DNA from: Microcoleus sp.
Lineage (GTDB): Bacteria > Cyanobacteriota > Cyanobacteriia > Cyanobacteriales > Microcoleaceae
DNA length: 64,000 nucleotides
Direction of reading: 5' to 3'
Assembly (NCBI GenBank): GCA_052279835.1
Contig: CP181291.1
Coordinates: 3,648,001 to 3,712,000, forward strand
The notes under the pieces are model-generated. The model worked only from the letters and a program-made list of their open reading frames with translations, was not told where the DNA came from and searched no databases. Each line of letters begins with the position of its first letter. The stretch's first letter is position 1. This document shows, in pieces, positions 55,515-64,000 of the stretch. The translations under genes were made by a program, and so were the position numbers.

Positions 55515-57527
55515 ATGACAGTATCTGTTGTTGCATGGCCCCAGAATATTCTTCTTTCAGGTCAATTTTTAGACAAATTAGTTGTTGGCATTGGCTTGAT
55601 AATTTTGACTGTAATTTGTTCATTAACCACTTTTATTTTTCTGATGATTTTCATCAAGTGGTTGCAGGCTAGTGTCCCAAAATACAGACAAAATTTCAGG
55701 TGGCAATTACGACAAAATATCAGCCATGACCGGCTTCATGTATTTGAGGAAAACAGCAATGTTCCGTCGCCATTGCAACCTGGGGAAACTCTCTACAAAA
55801 ATTCCCGAGCAATAGCTCATTTATATCACCCCATTGCTCTTTGGTACGGACGTTTAATCTTGCCCTCAAAGGAACAACGGGAACTCTACGGTTCGGTGTT
55901 TTTTGAAGTATTTAACGCACCGAAAAAACATCAAAAATTTGTCGGTAAAATAGTTAATTTAAAATGGAGTACAAATCGCGAAGTTCAATTTTTTGTCCAC
56001 GCTGTAACCCAAGATATTAACTTCACCAAAGATGCGGAAGATAGTAAAAAAGCGGGCAACATCCATCCAGATAGATTGAACGGATTAGCCAATGTCGGCC
56101 CTTTAGAAACTCTGGCAGGTAGTAGACTAGAAGACAATGTGACAGTGATGCTGCGACGTCCAGCGATCGCCATACATTATAGCAGCAGCGATCGCTATGA
56201 AATCAGTATCGAGCGCGAACCAGTACAAATTATCGGACGTTGGTGCGCCCTCGTCTCAATTATCCAGCGAAAAAAACCCAACAGTGACAAGTTTATTGTC
56301 CGTCACTTTAACAAAAAATCTCAACAGTTTGATGGCCCTGCCGAAATCATTCGGATTCCCCAAGTCAAGCCAGACAAAAATGGCGTAGCGAGGTCTACAA
56401 ATCACCTGATAGAAAAATCCCCATTAAATCCAGAAGGGTGGTACATTTACGGGGAAAAAGGTCCCGACAATATTTTTGTTGTCCAAGCAATCGAACCCCG
56501 AAAAATCACCAAACTAATCCCCGATGAAACACATTGGGGACTGCCACAATCCCTGGCTTATTTAAACAGCAAAAATTGGCAAAATACACGCCAGCAAAAA
56601 GGACAAGCCAAGATAGTATTGTTATCGTCGTCAAACGAAGCAGAAAACTATCGTACTTCCCCTTGGGAAGAAGGAGATATGGGTATCGTGATTCATTGTT
56701 TCGGCGGTATCGGTGGCAAAAAAGCCGAATTCGCCCCCCTGGGAATTGTCACGGGACATTTTGCTTTTGGGATAGCAAAAGTTGTGCGCGATCGATTTAC
56801 CGATGAATTACGTTTTGATATTGAATACAAACAAGTGTACGCCCACAATCCCGACGGAATTATCGCCGGTGCGAACAAATGGCAAAGTTATATGGGAGAC
56901 TTGGCAAGAGGTTGGTTGGGCGATCGCCCAGTTTGCGATATCATTTGTAAATTAGATTGCGTGTGTCTTGACTACCATTTCGACAGCATCCAATTGTCAC
57001 CTTTAGACGAATTAAACCAGCAATTAGATATCATGATGGCGCGTTATCGCAGCGGAGACGGTACTGGGGCGAGTTTAGTCACTCCTGCAACTTCCTGCGT
57101 GCAAGATTCCAGTCAAGCAATTTACGCTACCATCAAAAAAATCACTGCCGAAGTTGAATCAAATCCTCAGATTCAAGACTGGCTAAAAACCCATCCCACC
57201 GACGCACAAACTCAAAGATTTGAGGAATTAGTAGCTTTAGGCAAAAGTTTAGAAAAAATCTTAATTCCCCTGGGCATTGTTCGTCCTGATTGGCGCAAAA
57301 ACGCTAGATTAGTGGGGATTCGTGCTCACCATAAAAAAACTCACTTCAGGAGTATAACTAATCCACTAAAAGCTGCGATTAGTTACCGAACCATGTTACC
57401 CAGACGCACCCAAGATGAACTTGCCAAAATATTATTAAAACAAGCATCATTCCTGTGGATAATTAGGACAAATCAAGTCGGTGGCTTTGATGCTAATATT
57501 GAGCCTGTTCCACCGACAAGGATTTAA
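55515..57527 (+). CDS. Large membrane-anchored protein resembling the soluble part of cyanobacterial CAAX-protease/Abi-associated proteins
   Basis: N-terminal TM; W(Y)GRLILP, HCFGGIGGKK, TGHFAFG, YAHNPDGII, SCVQDS. Family recalled, not searched. Confidence 0.55.
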   Translation: MTVSVVAWPQNILLSGQFLDKLVVGIGLIILTVICSLTTFIFLMIFIKWLQASVPKYRQNFRWQLRQNISHDRLHVFEENSNVPSPLQPGETLYKNSRAIAHLYHPIALWYGRLILPSKEQRELYGSVFFEVFNAPKKHQKFVGKIVNLKWSTNREVQFFVHAVTQDINFTKDAEDSKKAGNIHPDRLNGLANVGPLETLAGSRLEDNVTVMLRRPAIAIHYSSSDRYEISIEREPVQIIGRWCALVSIIQRKKPNSDKFIVRHFNKKSQQFDGPAEIIRIPQVKPDKNGVARSTNHLIEKSPLNPEGWYIYGEKGPDNIFVVQAIEPRKITKLIPDETHWGLPQSLAYLNSKNWQNTRQQKGQAKIVLLSSSNEAENYRTSPWEEGDMGIVIHCFGGIGGKKAEFAPLGIVTGHFAFGIAKVVRDRFTDELRFDIEYKQVYAHNPDGIIAGANKWQSYMGDLARGWLGDRPVCDIICKLDCVCLDYHFDSIQLSPLDELNQQLDIMMARYRSGDGTGASLVTPATSCVQDSSQAIYATIKKITAEVESNPQIQDWLKTHPTDAQTQRFEELVALGKSLEKILIPLGIVRPDWRKNARLVGIRAHHKKTHFRSITNPLKAAISYRTMLPRRTQDELAKILLKQASFLWIIRTNQVGGFDANIEPVPPTRI

Positions 57528-57552
57528 ATATCTTAGATTACAAAAAGTCTAT

Positions 57553-58902
57553 TTAAAATTTTTTTACCCAATCTTCGCCGATGCGAACTGTCAAGTCCGA
57601 ATCGATTTCACCAGTAGAAGCTGCCTCAATTTTACCATCGCCTAATGCTTTTTGAAGCATATTTGCTGCCTCTAAATCACCTTGCTGGACAATAATTTGG
57701 CTTTGAAGCTGCTTGTCGGGCCAATCCGGGACTACCGATACATTAGAAAAGCCTTTTTTTCGGAGAAATGCTGCCACATTTTTAGCTGTTTTGGGTTGAC
57801 TATTCGCGTTTTGGATAGCAATTTTGAGGTTGGTTGGTATAGCAGAATTGCCAGGATTGCGAAATCGTCCTTGGGTGAAATCCGATGTGCCTTGCTTGAA
57901 ATATTGTGTCATAATGCGATCGCGCCCCGTCTTATCTAAAATCCAATAACTCCTAGAATCCCCTTCTGCTGAACTAGAACGCCCTGGCAACATCACCATT
58001 TTAAAATTATCTGGTTCTAATTGCCAACTAAAATTAGCCAGGGTCAATATTTCCTGAAAGTTTAAATTAGTATGGACATATTTTTGCATGACTCGAATAA
58101 TTTGTGGTATCTGGGGTAATACCGATGGACTTCCGAGGCGATTTCGCATCGCTTGAATCAAAGATTGCTGGCGTCCAATGCGGCCGATATCTCCCAAACC
58201 GTCCTGGCGAAATCGAGCAAATTGCTCTGCTTGTTCTCCGTTGAGAGTTTGCCAGCCCTGTGCTAATTTGATGGTTAACTTTTGACTATTATCTTGATAG
58301 GACATGGTGTGAGGTACAAATACTTCAACAGGTCCCAATAAATCGACTAATTCCCGCAAGGCACTGGTGTTAACTCGCAGGTATCTATCAATAGTAATAT
58401 TGTTCAGCATACTGCTAATTAATCGTAAGGCTAAGGCTGAACCTCCTTTAGCATTGGCTTCGTTAATTTTGCTGAAGCTAATTCCGGGGACTTCGATTTT
58501 TGTATCTCGCGGAATCGAAAGTAAATTAATAGATTTATCTCTAGGATCGATGCGGACTAGGAGTATTGTATCGCTGCGCCCGTCAAAGTTTTTCGGGGAG
58601 TTTACCGAAGTTTTGGGTAGGCCGTCAACACCCATGATTAAGATATTAATGGGCCGTGAGAGTCGATCGCCCGCAGCAGAGGAGGAGATATCGTTAAACC
58701 CGGTAGCCTCTAGGACTTTACTCATTATTTGCGGTTCCACCGGGGCTAAGAGTGCGCTAATTGCCGCGATCGCTGCGGAGACTGCTGCTAGGATCGACAG
58801 CGCAAATACCCCAAATAGATACAGGGTGTGTTTGGGCTTGTTTCGAGATACGCGATCGACTGGTTTAAATAAGTTTCTTGTAAACATCGACAAGTTTTTC
58901 AT
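57553..58902 (-). CDS. LCP (LytR-CpsA-Psr) family protein with a LytR C-terminal domain
   Basis: NILIMGVD, GRSDTILL, LSIPRDT, FARFRQDGLGDIGRIGRQQ. Confidence 0.92.
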   Translation of the reverse strand: MKNLSMFTRNLFKPVDRVSRNKPKHTLYLFGVFALSILAAVSAAIAAISALLAPVEPQIMSKVLEATGFNDISSSAAGDRLSRPINILIMGVDGLPKTSVNSPKNFDGRSDTILLVRIDPRDKSINLLSIPRDTKIEVPGISFSKINEANAKGGSALALRLISSMLNNITIDRYLRVNTSALRELVDLLGPVEVFVPHTMSYQDNSQKLTIKLAQGWQTLNGEQAEQFARFRQDGLGDIGRIGRQQSLIQAMRNRLGSPSVLPQIPQIIRVMQKYVHTNLNFQEILTLANFSWQLEPDNFKMVMLPGRSSSAEGDSRSYWILDKTGRDRIMTQYFKQGTSDFTQGRFRNPGNSAIPTNLKIAIQNANSQPKTAKNVAAFLRKKGFSNVSVVPDWPDKQLQSQIIVQQGDLEAANMLQKALGDGKIEAASTGEIDSDLTVRIGEDWVKKF

Positions 58903-59150
58903 TGACTTGTTTTTAAATTATGGTATTTTTTCAGCTTTGCAGTATAATTTCGGCGGTGCTTTGGTAAAATATTTGAACAAAGCTGGACAAAGCCACCCTT
59001 CCATATTTTTCGATTCCCACCGATACCAGTTGCCGCCGTATTCTTCTCTTAACAACAACATTTCTGCTTGATATCCGGGAAAATGATTCATACATTATAT
59101 TATGCTGCCTGCTACAATCGTGGTGAAATCTTTCCCAACCTGACAATTTT

Positions 59151-59723
59151 ATGGTTGTAAGCAAAAGTTGCACTTACGTCTCTCCCGAAGATTATTTAGC
59201 AAGCGAGAAAATCAGCCCAGTCAAACACGAGTATAGACAAGGTGAAATCTACGCAATGGCAGGAGCAAGCAAAGCTCATGTGATTATTACGGGAAATATA
59301 GGAACATTACTGAGAAATCATCTTCGGGGTACTGGCTGCATACCTTACATTGCAGATATGAAAGTTATGCTCAATACATCAAGTTTTTATTATTATTCTG
59401 ATGTAGCGGTGAGTTGTGATGAACGGGATAAAAATGCTGCGGAAGATTTCCTTTGCTATCCGCGCCTAATTGTCGAAGTTCTGTCGCCGACAACAGCGGC
59501 TTTTGACAGAGGTGAAAAGTTTGCTGATTACCGCGCTTGTGAAAGTTTACAAGAATATGTGTTAATTAATCAAAAAAAAGTTGGTGTAGATTGTTTCCGC
59601 CGGAATCCAGAGGGTTTGTGGGTGCTTTATCCTTACACTCAAGGGCAAGAAGTTGAGTTAAAGAGTGTTAATTTTAAATGTGCGATCGCCTCAATATATG
59701 AAGACGTCATAGGACTTGGTTGA
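59151..59723 (+). CDS. Uma2 (DUF820) family endonuclease-like protein
   Basis: KHEYRQGEIYAMAGAS, LIVEVLSPTTAAFDRGEKF, LQEYVLI. Confidence 0.9.
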   Translation: MVVSKSCTYVSPEDYLASEKISPVKHEYRQGEIYAMAGASKAHVIITGNIGTLLRNHLRGTGCIPYIADMKVMLNTSSFYYYSDVAVSCDERDKNAAEDFLCYPRLIVEVLSPTTAAFDRGEKFADYRACESLQEYVLINQKKVGVDCFRRNPEGLWVLYPYTQGQEVELKSVNFKCAIASIYEDVIGLG

Positions 59724-59736
59724 TTTTAACTAATTG

Positions 59737-59922
59737 CTATTTTTTTTTCCTAGCTTTCCAAGTGCCACCATAGGCGTACAAAGGATTATTTTTACTTAGG
59801 GATTCCCAACACTTAAGACATACAAAAAACCACAGCCCCGATTCATCATACCGCACACGGTAGAGAATCGGGGCTGCTAGGAAACAACGATCGCAATTTT
59901 TCATCCTAATTGCTCTAGCCAT
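59737..59922 (-). CDS. Small zinc-ribbon-like hypothetical protein
   Basis: CDRC...CLKCW...YGGTWKARKKK; directly downstream of the PIN/TRAM gene. Confidence 0.6.
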   Translation of the reverse strand: MARAIRMKNCDRCFLAAPILYRVRYDESGLWFFVCLKCWESLSKNNPLYAYGGTWKARKKK

Positions 59923-59933
59923 GTCAATTTATG

Positions 59934-61016
59934 TTAAGCAATAACCGACTCTTGAGGGCGGGCAAAAATCATTCTGCCTGCGGTTGTTTGCAGGGCACTG
60001 GTAACAACAACTCTAGCTTCAGCACCAACGTAGCTGCTACCAGCTTCCACGACAACCATTGTGCCGTCATCCAAGTAGCCAATTCCTTGAGAAGGTTCTT
60101 TCCCTTCTTTGCGGATTTTGAGATCGATGGTGTCTCCTGGTAAATAAGTCGGACGGACTGCATGAGTCAAATCATTAATATTCAAAACAGGCAGTTTTTG
60201 AACCGTAGCTACTTTCGACAAATTGTAATCGTTGGTGAGCAAAATGCCGTCGATATCTAAAGCAAAACGGACTAATTTGGCATCGACTGTGGCAATATCT
60301 TCGTAGTCAGCCGAGTGAATTTGAATCCGTTCTGGATAAGTTTCTTTGATGCGGTTGAGAATATCTAAGCCGCGTCTACCTCGTACTCGTTTTTGGTCGT
60401 TGGCGGAATCAGCTATTACTTGCAATTCTTGAAGAACGAATTGGGGGATGATAATTTGACCTTCGAGAAAGCCGGTTTCTAGTAGATTTTCAATTCGACC
60501 GTCAATAATGCAGCTTGTATCGACAACTTTGGCACTGGCTGGTTTAAAAGTACCCTCAGCCATTAACACTGTGGCGTCTAAGCTTTTGGGGTTGATCAGT
60601 CGCAGAAAAGCGCGGCCGTGGGTGTCGGTTAAGCTGACTCCTGTAAAGCCGAACATGACGCTACCCAATACTGCGACTAGAGGTTTGATGAAGCCAAACT
60701 CGCGGGGAATTGGTAGCAGGAACAGGGGGGCTAGCATTAAGTTGGCTACTAGGAGTCCGATGATTAAGCCGATCGCCCGTGTCAGCAGCATTTCCACCGG
60801 CATATCGCGAAATTGCTTTTCTACCCGTCGGTAGGTAGTTTGAGCCACTAATCCTAGCACGAAGCCGATTAATGCCCCAAAGGCTCCTAGTACGGAACTT
60901 AAACCTTGTATATTTGTAACTTGTTCCAGCAAGTTAGTGGGTAGGAGCTCGACTCCGTAAAAGCCGATGCCTCCCCCTGCGATTATGAATGAGATAATTA
61001 TGATTGCGTCTAGCAT
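59934..61016 (-). CDS. PIN/TRAM domain membrane protein (YacL-like)
   Basis: VDTSCIIDGRI, RGRRGLDIL, TNDYNL, GYLDDGTMVVVE, QTTAGRMIFA. Confidence 0.92.
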   Translation of the reverse strand: MLDAIIIISFIIAGGGIGFYGVELLPTNLLEQVTNIQGLSSVLGAFGALIGFVLGLVAQTTYRRVEKQFRDMPVEMLLTRAIGLIIGLLVANLMLAPLFLLPIPREFGFIKPLVAVLGSVMFGFTGVSLTDTHGRAFLRLINPKSLDATVLMAEGTFKPASAKVVDTSCIIDGRIENLLETGFLEGQIIIPQFVLQELQVIADSANDQKRVRGRRGLDILNRIKETYPERIQIHSADYEDIATVDAKLVRFALDIDGILLTNDYNLSKVATVQKLPVLNINDLTHAVRPTYLPGDTIDLKIRKEGKEPSQGIGYLDDGTMVVVEAGSSYVGAEARVVVTSALQTTAGRMIFARPQESVIA

Positions 61017-61389
61017 TGTTCGAGGTTAATGAATTTGTTTACATTATATCTTTCCCGTGCCGATAGTTTTTTCTGGCTGACGGACGGATATCGCTCTATT
61101 TACTGATTAATTTTCATAAACTTATTTTTCGTGGTTGTCACTTTTGGGGGAGTTGCGATCGCCCTGTAGGCCATGAGTCGCCGGCGATCGCATCTACCAA
61201 ATTCCTCGATGGGGGCAGATGTGGCGGTAGCTTCGGGAATTACTGCTACTCAAAATAGTTTGTGCTTAAACTGAAATAGGCGATCGCCCCCTTCTCATTC
61301 AGTTAACAAACTGTCATAAAATACATAATTATTATTGACAATTTAATTAAAAGTTAAGATGAGAAATAGTAATTTTTAGGTGAGATTGA

Positions 61390-62715
61390 ATGAAATTTAC
61401 CACAGATTATTTAACATTTGAACGGGACAAAGGGGCGCAAAGGGCAAATTATGGGATTCCCAGTTCGGCTTACCTGCACATACCTTTTTGTCGCCGCCGC
61501 TGTTATTACTGCGATTTTCCGGTGTTTGTAGTGGGCGATCGCAAAAATGGCGATAATTCCGGCACAATCGTGCAATACGTAGAGGTACTATGTCAAGAAA
61601 TTCAGAAAACGCCAAATAAAGGGTCATCCCTGAACACAGTTTTTTTTGGTGGCGGTACACCTTCGCTGCTGTCAGTGAGACAATTAACCACTATTTTAGA
61701 AACTCTCGACAGCAAATTTGGGATTGCTGCTGAGGCGGAAATTTCTATAGAAATAGACCCAGGTACCTTTACTTTAGAACAGTTGCGGGGATATGTAGCA
61801 GCGGGAGTTAATCGAGTTAGTTTGGGTTCCCAAGCTTTTCAGGATGAATTGTTGCAAGCTTGCGGGCGATCGCACTCTGTCGCTGATATTTTTGCCTCAG
61901 TAGAAATAATTCGAGCCGCGGGTATAGTCAATTTCAGTTTAGACCTGATATCGGGACTGCCGCACCAAACGGCTTCTGAGTGGGAAACTTCCCTGAGATC
62001 CGCCGTAGCAATTTCCCCCACTCACCTGTCGAGTTACGACTTAATTATTGAGCCCGTCACAGCTTTCGGCCGCTATTTTCAAGCAGGGGAACAACCCTTG
62101 CCTGCGGATGAAACCGCTGCTCAAATGTACCGTTTAGCGCGAGAAATTCTCACCGGTTCTGGATACGAACATTACGAGATTTCCAATTATGCTCGACCTG
62201 GTTATCAGTGTCGCCACAACCGCGTTTATTGGGAAAATCGCCCTTATTACGGTTTGGGAATGGGGGCTGCGAGTTATGTGGATGGAGTGCGATGGACGAG
62301 ACCTCGCAAAACTCAAGAATATTATGAATGGGTGCGATCGATTTCTCCGATCGATTCCCAGGATGATGGTGACTCGACCATTAAGCAAAATTTGTCCATG
62401 TCAGAAAATGAAGTTTTGTTAGAAACCTTAATGCTGGGTTTGCGTTTAGCAGAAGGGCTGAGTTTGTCAGATTTAGCTGATAAGTTCGGTCAAAAAACGG
62501 TTGAGAAAATTTGGCAGTCTTTGCAACCTTACTCGCGGCAAGGGTGGGTGGAAATTGTGGCTTCTGACGGGGCGATTCCCGACGCGATAGCTTCGGTTCA
62601 CACAACTTTAAATCAGGGCGAACTGCTACGGCTGTCCGGGAATTTGAGGTTAAGCGATCCGGAAGGTTTTTTATTTTCCAATACTATTTTGGCTACTTTA
62701 TTTAACAAGTTATAG
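61390..62715 (+). CDS. hemW: Radical SAM heme chaperone HemW
   Basis: YLHIPFCRRRCYYCDF, FGGGTPS, YEISNYA, HNRVYW. Confidence 0.9.
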   Translation: MKFTTDYLTFERDKGAQRANYGIPSSAYLHIPFCRRRCYYCDFPVFVVGDRKNGDNSGTIVQYVEVLCQEIQKTPNKGSSLNTVFFGGGTPSLLSVRQLTTILETLDSKFGIAAEAEISIEIDPGTFTLEQLRGYVAAGVNRVSLGSQAFQDELLQACGRSHSVADIFASVEIIRAAGIVNFSLDLISGLPHQTASEWETSLRSAVAISPTHLSSYDLIIEPVTAFGRYFQAGEQPLPADETAAQMYRLAREILTGSGYEHYEISNYARPGYQCRHNRVYWENRPYYGLGMGAASYVDGVRWTRPRKTQEYYEWVRSISPIDSQDDGDSTIKQNLSMSENEVLLETLMLGLRLAEGLSLSDLADKFGQKTVEKIWQSLQPYSRQGWVEIVASDGAIPDAIASVHTTLNQGELLRLSGNLRLSDPEGFLFSNTILATLFNKL

Positions 62716-62985
62716 GAAAATATAACCCTTCTCCGATCGGGCGCTCAGGGACAGAGCGCCTAAGTCCTAGAACCTAGGGAATTGTACGGGAGCTAGCCGA
62801 AGTATAGGGCATTAGTCATTGCTGTCGATCCGCCGATTAAATCGATCCCTATGCTTTTAATCTAAAAAAGGAAGTTGTTTAGATAGCTCCCTGACCCAGA
62901 ATAAATAATAAGTAAGCCTTAAGATAGACGCAGGGTATTAAATTGTGCTGTCATACTTGAAAGTAATGATTTAAAAAGTAATTTA

Positions 62986-63198
62986 ATGAGCACTCTACTT
63001 CTAGACCGCCAGAAAATTGTAAACAAGCCCAACATTGTAACGGCGGAACGCGATTGCCATTCTATTTCTAAATGTACTTTTTGCCATCACTATCAAATGC
63101 AAACAGGTTCCTTTGGTCAGTGCCAATTGTTGAGCGCACCTGTTATGGGTGCATGGGAATCTTGTTCTTTAGGTACGCCTGTCTTTGCACAAGCTTGA
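62986..63198 (+). CDS. Small four-cysteine hypothetical protein
   Basis: CTFC-x12-C-x13-C. Confidence 0.6.
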   Translation: MSTLLLDRQKIVNKPNIVTAERDCHSISKCTFCHHYQMQTGSFGQCQLLSAPVMGAWESCSLGTPVFAQA

Positions 63199-63348
63199 GA
63201 ATAAATTAAGAAGTTTAAAGACAAATTAAACCGTTGAAATACCTAGGGAAATAACATAATTATTGCCATTTAAAAAAAATTGTGTTAGTTTGGTAAGAGT
63301 CAACTTTTTGATTAAATCACCTCCTGACAAAAACAGCAACTTAAGAAC

Positions 63349-63621
63349 ATGAATTTAACAATTAACTCCGTAAATTCCGATCCCTCTGTAAAGATTTTGT
63401 GTTGGTATATCAATACTACTAACAAGATTCAAATTGCTCGGATTACCAATATTCCTGATTGGTATTTTGAGCGCACGGTATTTCCGGGAGAACGTTTGTT
63501 GTTTGAAGCACCACAGCACGCTGAGTTGGAAGTTTCCCGGAGTACGGAGAGTGGTGCAATTGTGTGCGATCGCATTGCGTGCGATCGACTACAGGTAGAA
63601 GAAGTAAGTACACTTGATTAA
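63349..63621 (+). CDS. DUF1830 family protein
   Basis: YINTTNKIQIARITNIPDWYFERTVFPGERLLFEAP...IACDRL. Confidence 0.85.
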   Translation: MNLTINSVNSDPSVKILCWYINTTNKIQIARITNIPDWYFERTVFPGERLLFEAPQHAELEVSRSTESGAIVCDRIACDRLQVEEVSTLD

Positions 63622-63805
63622 AAATCATTGCCAAAAGCCAGTGACACAGGCCCAAAAGCCTGTGAAATCAGTCTGGCCCCGGCAAGATGGCTGTCAATTA
63701 CTCCATTCAAGAACAGGCAATAGGCCTGTCCCACTTTTAATTAAAAAAAATTAAAAATACCAATAGCTAAACTATAAAACTAATCCTATTTAATATTAAA
63801 ACCCT

Positions 63806-64000
63806 ATGTCCCTCACCGAAAAAATCCTCTCCCAAGTACCGGGAGACGCCCTTGGAGGCCTGCGAAAGGTCGATCGACTCTGGGAAAACCTCAAACAAAA
63901 CACCGCACCCACACCCCAAGTCATCGAGTACAGCCCACAACCCCTCGAAACCATAAACTTCGACATAGTTATCAGCGGCGCAACCCTAGGAATACTAATC
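63806..64000 (+). CDS. 5' part of an FAD-dependent CruP/CruA-like lycopene cyclase family protein
   Basis: MSLTEKILSQVPGDALGGLRKVDRLW...FDIVISGATLGILI (start of a Rossmann motif); truncated by the window end. Confidence 0.6.
   Translation, partial: MSLTEKILSQVPGDALGGLRKVDRLWENLKQNTAPTPQVIEYSPQPLETINFDIVISGATLGILI

Noticed and set aside
58367..59071. 234-aa plus-strand ORF
   Set aside because: Antisense shadow of the LCP gene with no recognisable motifs.
1..64000. tRNA or rRNA genes
   Set aside because: None recognised by eye; not confirmed with tRNAscan or Rfam.

Overview
This window is from the chromosome of a filamentous cyanobacterium. It looks Oscillatoriales/Microcoleus-like: dense HIP1 GCGATCGC sites, heptamer tandem repeats and several palindromic REP/MITE-like families. 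Left to right: (1) an SLH-domain porin, a NitT/TauT-type ABC transporter and a urate/purine catabolic operon (hpxO, uraH, Rieske oxygenase, uraD), with NtcA-type boxes and a solo tnpB between the transporter and the operon; (2) housekeeping genes (rsmI, cysQ, xseAB, gmk, remA, prlC); (3) an accessory region at about 24-34 kb with several toxin-antitoxin modules separated by a recurring ~45-bp repeat; (4) signalling genes and a second HTH-NB-ARC locus with secreted proteins; (5) sbcD, a decayed PARIS-like ATPase/DUF4435 pair, fmt, an LCP protein, a PIN/TRAM protein, hemW and the start of a CruP-like gene. The best candidate for an undescribed system lies in region 3 and is absent from the supplied ORF track. 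Two paralogous 46-aa peptide genes (27017-27157, 27200-27340) share KQxKxVxxxxIxVExYxxxxPKFTKxxWxSGE. They lead an operon with a JmjC oxygenase and a Suc_Fer-like [2Fe-2S] protein, divergent from an HTH-NB-ARC regulator whose promoter carries a phased TGT array. This suggests a new RiPP-like peptide-modification system. All family assignments come from motif recognition by eye; no searches were run.
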